Shown here piece by piece: positions 58,799 through 64,000 of a stretch of DNA of 64,000 nucleotides. The notes below the pieces were generated by a model, which did no database searches, had not been told where the DNA came from, and was given only the letters and a program-made list of their open reading frames with translations. This DNA comes from Myxococcota bacterium (GTDB lineage: Bacteria; Myxococcota_A; UBA9160; UBA4427), in NCBI GenBank assembly GCA_965250285.1, contig OZ252299.1, positions 5,376,001 to 5,440,000 on the forward strand. Reading direction: 5' to 3'. Made by a program: the position numbers and the translations under genes. Each line of letters begins with the position of its first letter. Within the stretch, counting starts at the first letter, position 1.

Positions 58799-60328
58799 AT
58801 GGCGCGACCGTGGTGGCAGGACGCGGTGATGTACCAGATCTACCCGCGCTCGTTCGCCGACTCGAACGGCGACGGGGTGGGCGACCTGCCCGGCATCACC
58901 GCGCACCTCGACGACCTCGCCTGGCTCGGCGTCGACGGCGTGTGGATCTCGCCCTTCTTTCGCTCGCCCATGCACGACGCCGGCTACGACGTGGCCGACT
59001 ACTGCGACGTCGATCCGGTCTTCGGCTCGCTCGCCGACATCGACACGCTGATCGCCGAGGCCCATGCGCGCGGGCTCAAGGTGATGATCGACTGGGTGCC
59101 CGCCCACACCTCGAACGAGCACCCCTGGTTCGTCGAGGCGAGCGCGTCGCGCGACGCGCCGAAGCGCAACTGGTACGTCTGGCGCGACGCCGGGCCCGAC
59201 GGTGCGCTGCCGAACAACTGGCGGGCCGCCTTCAAGAAGGTGCCGGCGTGGACGTGGCACGAGGCCACGGGTCAGTACTACCTGCACTCGTTTCTCAAGG
59301 AGCAGCCCGACCTCAACTGGAACGAGCCGGCGGTGGTCGAGGCCATGCACGACACGCTGCGCTTCTGGCTCGACCGCGGCATCGACGGCTTTCGAGCCGA
59401 CGTGGTGCACAACATCGGCAAGAACGATGCGCTGGCCGATCACCCGGAGCCCGTCGCCAAGATCCCGCACTGCGCGCTGAACGACGACGCGCTCACCCAC
59501 GGTCATCTGCGTGCGATTCGCAAGCTGCTCGACGGCTACGAGGGGGACCGCGCGATGATCGGCGAGGTGTTCCTGCTCTCGACCGAGCAGGTGGCGGCCT
59601 ACTACGGCCAGGGCGACGAGCTGCACATGAGCTTCAACTTCCCGCCGCTCTTCGCGGCGTGGGAGGCGCCGGTCTGGCGCGAGCAGATCGAGAGTGCCGC
59701 GCGGCTCTTCGATCCGATCGGGGCCTGGCCGACCTGGGTGCTCTCGAACCACGACCAGAAACGGCACCGCACGCGCTACGGCTCGCTCGCACGCGCGCGG
59801 GTGGCGGCGATGCTGCTGCTCACGCTGCGCGGCACGCCCTTTCTGTACCAGGGTGAAGAGCTCGGCCTCGAAGACGCGGTGGTGCCGCCGGATCGCGTGG
59901 TCGACCCGGCCGATCGCGACGGCTGCCGGGCCCCGATCCCGTGGCTTCGCGCGGGTGGCCACGGCTGGCCCGATCCGTCATGGCTGCCGCTGCCGCCCGA
60001 AGCGGGCGCGCTCTCGCACGAGGCCCAGCGCGAAGACGCGGGCTCGATGCTGCATCTCTATCGCCATCTGCTGGCCGAGCGGCGCGGCTCGCCGGCGCTG
60101 CGCGAAGGGGCGCTCGAGCTGTGTGAAGCCGACGAAGGGCAGCTCGCCTACCGGCGTGTGTGCGGCGACGATGAGCGCCTGGTCGTGCTCGATCTCGGTG
60201 GATCGGGCGGCCGGTTCGAGGCGGGAGTCGGTCGCAGCGTCGTCGCGTGCACCGACCGCGCCCGCGAGGGCGCGGCGTTCGACGGGCAGGTGCCCGCCGA
60301 CGCCGGCTTCATCCTCGCTCGGGCGTAG
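58799..60328 (+). CDS. GH13 alpha-glucosidase/oligo-1,6-glucosidase
   Basis: YQIYPRSFADSNGDG, QPDLNW, DGFRADV, IGEV, LSNHD, YQGEELG. Confidence 0.92.
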   Translation: MARPWWQDAVMYQIYPRSFADSNGDGVGDLPGITAHLDDLAWLGVDGVWISPFFRSPMHDAGYDVADYCDVDPVFGSLADIDTLIAEAHARGLKVMIDWVPAHTSNEHPWFVEASASRDAPKRNWYVWRDAGPDGALPNNWRAAFKKVPAWTWHEATGQYYLHSFLKEQPDLNWNEPAVVEAMHDTLRFWLDRGIDGFRADVVHNIGKNDALADHPEPVAKIPHCALNDDALTHGHLRAIRKLLDGYEGDRAMIGEVFLLSTEQVAAYYGQGDELHMSFNFPPLFAAWEAPVWREQIESAARLFDPIGAWPTWVLSNHDQKRHRTRYGSLARARVAAMLLLTLRGTPFLYQGEELGLEDAVVPPDRVVDPADRDGCRAPIPWLRAGGHGWPDPSWLPLPPEAGALSHEAQREDAGSMLHLYRHLLAERRGSPALREGALELCEADEGQLAYRRVCGDDERLVVLDLGGSGGRFEAGVGRSVVACTDRAREGAAFDGQVPADAGFILARA

Positions 60329-60358
60329 GCGTGCGCGGCGCACGCTGGGGCGGTGCGC

Positions 60359-61132
60359 TCAGCGGCGCATGCCCGCTTCGTGCTCGATCATGTTCACGAG
60401 GCCCTCGTCGATGCCCGAGGCGCGCGCCTCGCTCACGATGAAGTTCACCTCGTTGCGCGTCTCGACCACCTTCTGCTCTGCGAGCTGCAGGCGCTCGAGC
60501 ATCATGGCTTCGTTCTCGGCGTCAGCGCCGGGCTTGCGCGCGGCGCGGGCGTAGGCCTCGCCGGCTTCGACGGCGTCGGCCTCGGCCTGGCGATAGGCCT
60601 TGAGAGCCGCGCGGGCGCGCATCTTGAACTCGTCGCTCGCCTGGGGCTCGATCATGTCGGCTTGATCGATCGACGGCGCCGCCGGCAGGGCCGAGCGGTC
60701 GATGGGCTCGTACTCGGGGTTGCCCGCTGCGCCGGGGTTCTCGAGACCCGTGCCGCCGTGCTGACTGGGCAGCCGGTACATCTGAGACACGAGCATGCCG
60801 TGCACTTCGTGATCGAGGCCCTTCTCCTGCATCTTGCCCCAGAGGCGCAGGCGATCGCCGTTGTTGATCGCGCCGTGCTCGCGCACGAGGAAATCCTGGA
60901 TCTTGACCGGCATCTTTCCGGTGTCGTCCTGGATGTAGTAGATGAACTGGTTGGCCGAGTCGCTCATCGTGCCCTCGACCGTGAAGTACTCGGCGATCTT
61001 CATGGTCTTGAGCGCCTCGGCGATCGGGATCGGATCCTGGGCCTGGGCCTTTGCGACCTTCGTGAGGGTCATGCTCCCGGCGCACGTGACGGCGGCCAGC
61101 AGAGCGACGAAGTGAACGATTCGGTGCGGCAT
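60359..61132 (-). CDS. Exported hypothetical protein, probable N-terminal OB-fold plus helical C-terminus
   Basis: Signal peptide, GGAG RBS, FTVEG..YYIQDDTGKMPV..GDRLRLWG resembling bacterial OB-fold. Confidence 0.6.
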   Translation of the reverse strand: MPHRIVHFVALLAAVTCAGSMTLTKVAKAQAQDPIPIAEALKTMKIAEYFTVEGTMSDSANQFIYYIQDDTGKMPVKIQDFLVREHGAINNGDRLRLWGKMQEKGLDHEVHGMLVSQMYRLPSQHGGTGLENPGAAGNPEYEPIDRSALPAAPSIDQADMIEPQASDEFKMRARAALKAYRQAEADAVEAGEAYARAARKPGADAENEAMMLERLQLAEQKVVETRNEVNFIVSEARASGIDEGLVNMIEHEAGMRR

Positions 61133-61294
61133 GCGTGACTCCCCGGGCGAACGCTCGCCCTCGCGACGCGCCGCGAACGCGCGGCGTCGGTCGGTGACCT
61201 GCGTCGTATCGACGCGACTTGCGCGCAGGTTGAGGGCCATCTCCGCGTCGCAGCGGCGAAAGCCCGGGAGTGCCTCGGTGCGAGGAGGGGCCGC

Positions 61295-61672
61295 TCAGCG
61301 CGCGTCGCGCATCTCGGCCGGGTTCCAGTAGGCCTTCAGACTTCGAATCAGACCGGAGGCGTCGAACTCGACAACGTCGATCGCGTCGAGCCAGCGCGCC
61401 GGTCGGCCCGGGCGCTCGAGGCAGGCGACGAGCGGCATGACGCCCGTGTCGTCGGCGACGCAGATCGGCCCGGTGATTTCGGCGGTGAGCTGGCCGGCGG
61501 TGCCCGCGTAGAAGGCCTTCACCGCGTCGCGTCCCTCGTGGCGCGGCCCACCCACCGGGTCTTCGATCGAGCCCGCCTCGAGATAGAGCGCGCCGATGGC
61601 CTCGACGTCGCCGGCCGACAGCCGATCGACGTAGTGCACGAGGGTCTCGCGGATCGTGTCGGCAGACGGCAT
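61295..61672 (-). CDS. ksi: Ketosteroid isomerase-like NTF2 protein
   Basis: 125 aa; Tyr14, Asp38 (EDPVG), Tyr55 and Asp99 at the catalytic positions of Comamonas KSI. Confidence 0.75.
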   Translation of the reverse strand: MPSADTIRETLVHYVDRLSAGDVEAIGALYLEAGSIEDPVGGPRHEGRDAVKAFYAGTAGQLTAEITGPICVADDTGVMPLVACLERPGRPARWLDAIDVVEFDASGLIRSLKAYWNPAEMRDAR

Positions 61673-61748
61673 CGTTGCTCCTCGACGCGGACGGGCAGCT
61701 GGGTTCAGTTGAGTCCGGACAAGAGTGCGCGATGTCGATCGTCGCGTC

Positions 61749-62411
61749 ATGGGCGACTCGGAGGTGGGCGTGGCGGCACGCAAGAAGGGCTTGATCCAGG
61801 GCGAGGACGGTCGGCTGCGCTGCTGGTGGCCCGGCGAGCACGCCGACTACGTCGCCTACCACGACGACGAGTGGGGGCGCCCGGTCGACGACGACGTGCG
61901 GCTCTTCGAAAAGCTGTGTCTCGAGGGCTTCCAGTCGGGGCTCTCGTGGCTCACGATTCTGCGCAAGCGCGCGCATTTTCGGGCGGCCTTCGCCGGCTTC
62001 GACTTCGAGCGCATCGCACGCTGGAACACGCGCAGCGTCGAGCGGCTGCTGCGCGATGCGGGCATCGTGCGCCACCGCGGCAAGATCGAGTCGGTGCTGA
62101 ACAACGCGCGCCGCACCTGCGAGCTGATCGACGACACCGGCTCGCTCGCCGATCACGTCTGGGGCTACATGCCTGCCCCGCGCGAGCGGCCGCGCAAGCT
62201 CACGCACGCCGAGCTCATGAAGCTCACGCAGTCGGCCGCTTCGGTGGCGCTCTCGAAGGATCTCAAGCGTCGCGGCTTCAGCTATGTGGGCCCGACCACG
62301 CTCTACGCGTTCATGCAGTCGATGGGGGTGGTGAACGACCACATCGAGGGCTGCGCTCTGCGCGCGCCGGTGGAGCGAGAGCGGCGAGCCTTTCTCGCCC
62401 GGAGGGGCTGA
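61749..62411 (+). CDS. tag: DNA-3-methyladenine glycosylase I
   Basis: RC.W, YHDDEWG, LFEKLCLEGFQSGLSWLTIL, VGPTT, VNDH..C. Confidence 0.95.
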   Translation: MGDSEVGVAARKKGLIQGEDGRLRCWWPGEHADYVAYHDDEWGRPVDDDVRLFEKLCLEGFQSGLSWLTILRKRAHFRAAFAGFDFERIARWNTRSVERLLRDAGIVRHRGKIESVLNNARRTCELIDDTGSLADHVWGYMPAPRERPRKLTHAELMKLTQSAASVALSKDLKRRGFSYVGPTTLYAFMQSMGVVNDHIEGCALRAPVERERRAFLARRG

Positions 62412-62525
62412 AGCTTCGTCCCATCGACGGGCCCCCGGCGGCTATGCTGGCGGGGAGCGGCGCCCCGTCGAACCACCGAAGCGCCGCCGACACAGCCGGG
62501 CCTCGCGCCCGCCCGGAGGATCGCC

Positions 62526-64000
62526 ATGGAGCTCGCAAGCCCCCTCTCGAGCTGGCTCTCGGTCGCGCGCGGCGTCGTGCGCATCCTGCCGAACTCGCGG
62601 TGGACGATGACGCGTCTGCTCGACGAACGCGTGAAGGCGGCGCCGAACGACCCGGCGCTGGCCTATCTCGATCGCCGCTACACGTGGCGCGAGCTCGACG
62701 CCGAGGTCAATCGCTGGGCGAACGTGCTGCTCGACGAGGGCATTCGGCCGGGCGACGTGGTCGCGCTGATGATGGACAACCGGCCCGAGTATCTCTTTGC
62801 GGTGCACGGGCTCGATCGCATCGGGGCGTCGGCGGCGCTCATCAACACGAACCTGACCGGTGCGCCGCTGGTGCACGCGGTCAAGATCGGCGGCGCGCGC
62901 AAGGTGATCGCGGGGGACGAGCACGCCGAGGCCGTCGACGCGGTGCGGGGCGATCTCGAGGGCGTCGACGCCGAGCGCGGCGTGCTGGTGCACGTCGAGC
63001 ACGAGACAGAGCGTCGGCCCGGGGGCGGCGACGCGATCAACGATGCCGTCGAAGCGGCGAGCGAGGCCGCGCCGGGCATCGAGCTCGACGCGGGCATCGA
63101 TGACCTCTTCTGCTTCATCTACACGTCGGGCACGACGGGCCTGCCCAAGGCGGCGGTGATCTCGCACAAGCGCGCGATGATGGCCGGGGCCGGCATGGCG
63201 CATTTGATGATGCGGCTGCAGCCGGGGCACGTGAACTACATCGCGCTGCCGCTCTATCACTCGAGCGCGATGTTCCTCGGCTGGAGCGCGGTGCTGAACA
63301 GCGGTGCGAGCATGGCGCTGCGCCGCAAGTTCTCGGTCACGCACTTCTGGGACGACGTGCGCAAGTTCGGCGCGTCGCACTTCGTCTACATCGGCGAGCT
63401 CTGCCGCTATCTGCTGAACGGCAAGCCGTCGTCGGGCGACCGCGATCACGATCTGCAGGTGGCCGCCGGAAACGGCCTGCGCCCCGACATCTGGGGCGAG
63501 TTTCAGCAGCGCTTCGGCATCCCGCACATCCGCGAGTTCTACGGCGCGACCGAAGGCACCGCGGCCCTCATGAACCGCGAGGGCAAGCCCGGCATGGTCG
63601 GGAAGCTCTCGCTGGGCATCAAGCTCGTGCGCTGCGACCAGGAGACGGGCGAGCCGATTCGCGACGCGTCGGGTTTCTGCACACCGTGCCAGACCGGTGA
63701 GATCGGCCTGCTGCTCGGGCCGATCACCAGCGCGACGAAGTTCGACGGCTACGCCGACGAGAGTGCGTCGAAGAAGAAGGTGATGACCGACGTCTTCAAG
63801 CGCGGCGATCGCTACTTCAACACCGGCGATCTGCTGCAGCTGCACGAAGGCAAGTGGCTCTCGTTCGCCGATCGCGTGGGCGACACGTTCCGCTGGAAGG
63901 GCGAGAACGTCTCGACCAACGAGGTGGCCGAGGTCTGCAACGGTGCGGCGGGGATTCTCGAGACCAACGTGTACGGGGTCGAGGTGCCGGGGGCCGACGG
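62526..64000 (+). CDS. FATP/FadD6-like long-chain acyl-CoA synthetase (3' truncated; absent from ORF track)
   Basis: ATG after GGAGG; YTSGTTGLPK, YIGELCRYL, EFYGATEG, DRVGDTFRWKGENVST. Confidence 0.92.
   Translation, partial: MELASPLSSWLSVARGVVRILPNSRWTMTRLLDERVKAAPNDPALAYLDRRYTWRELDAEVNRWANVLLDEGIRPGDVVALMMDNRPEYLFAVHGLDRIGASAALINTNLTGAPLVHAVKIGGARKVIAGDEHAEAVDAVRGDLEGVDAERGVLVHVEHETERRPGGGDAINDAVEAASEAAPGIELDAGIDDLFCFIYTSGTTGLPKAAVISHKRAMMAGAGMAHLMMRLQPGHVNYIALPLYHSSAMFLGWSAVLNSGASMALRRKFSVTHFWDDVRKFGASHFVYIGELCRYLLNGKPSSGDRDHDLQVAAGNGLRPDIWGEFQQRFGIPHIREFYGATEGTAALMNREGKPGMVGKLSLGIKLVRCDQETGEPIRDASGFCTPCQTGEIGLLLGPITSATKFDGYADESASKKKVMTDVFKRGDRYFNTGDLLQLHEGKWLSFADRVGDTFRWKGENVSTNEVAEVCNGAAGILETNVYGVEVPGAD

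Overview
Very GC-rich (about 70% by eye) chromosomal window from a diderm bacterium; sigma54 regulation, PEP-CTERM proteins, a multiheme cytochrome and many lipid-catabolic genes suggest Myxococcota or a relative (inference). About 60 real CDSs: housekeeping genes (valS, aroB, tag, rpmB, rpmE2, rpsN, YqeY), many lipid, steroid and CoA enzymes, envelope proteins and regulators. I saw no rRNA, tRNA, CRISPR, integrase or transposase. The best candidate for an undescribed system is a four-gene operon at 9736-14594. It encodes two paralogous histidine kinases with only a 2-TM membrane hairpin, a receiver-containing sigma54 activator and a PspA/IM30 (bacterial ESCRT-III) protein. A complete sigma54 promoter precedes it (tandem palindromic enhancers, IHF site, -24/-12 box), so it reads like a hybrid of the enterobacterial Psp and Firmicute Lia membrane-stress systems. 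Other highlights: an Fe-type-like nitrile hydratase with a non-canonical CTQCSCT metal motif and no adjacent activator; a CX5R phosphatase coupled to an octaheme HEAT/TPR cytochrome; a cluster of Zn-ribbon-less ribosomal proteins; five short duplications anchored on gene 3' ends; and a MITE-like inverted repeat. Many start codons were re-called downstream of the ORF-track starts. All family calls come from motif recognition, not database searches.
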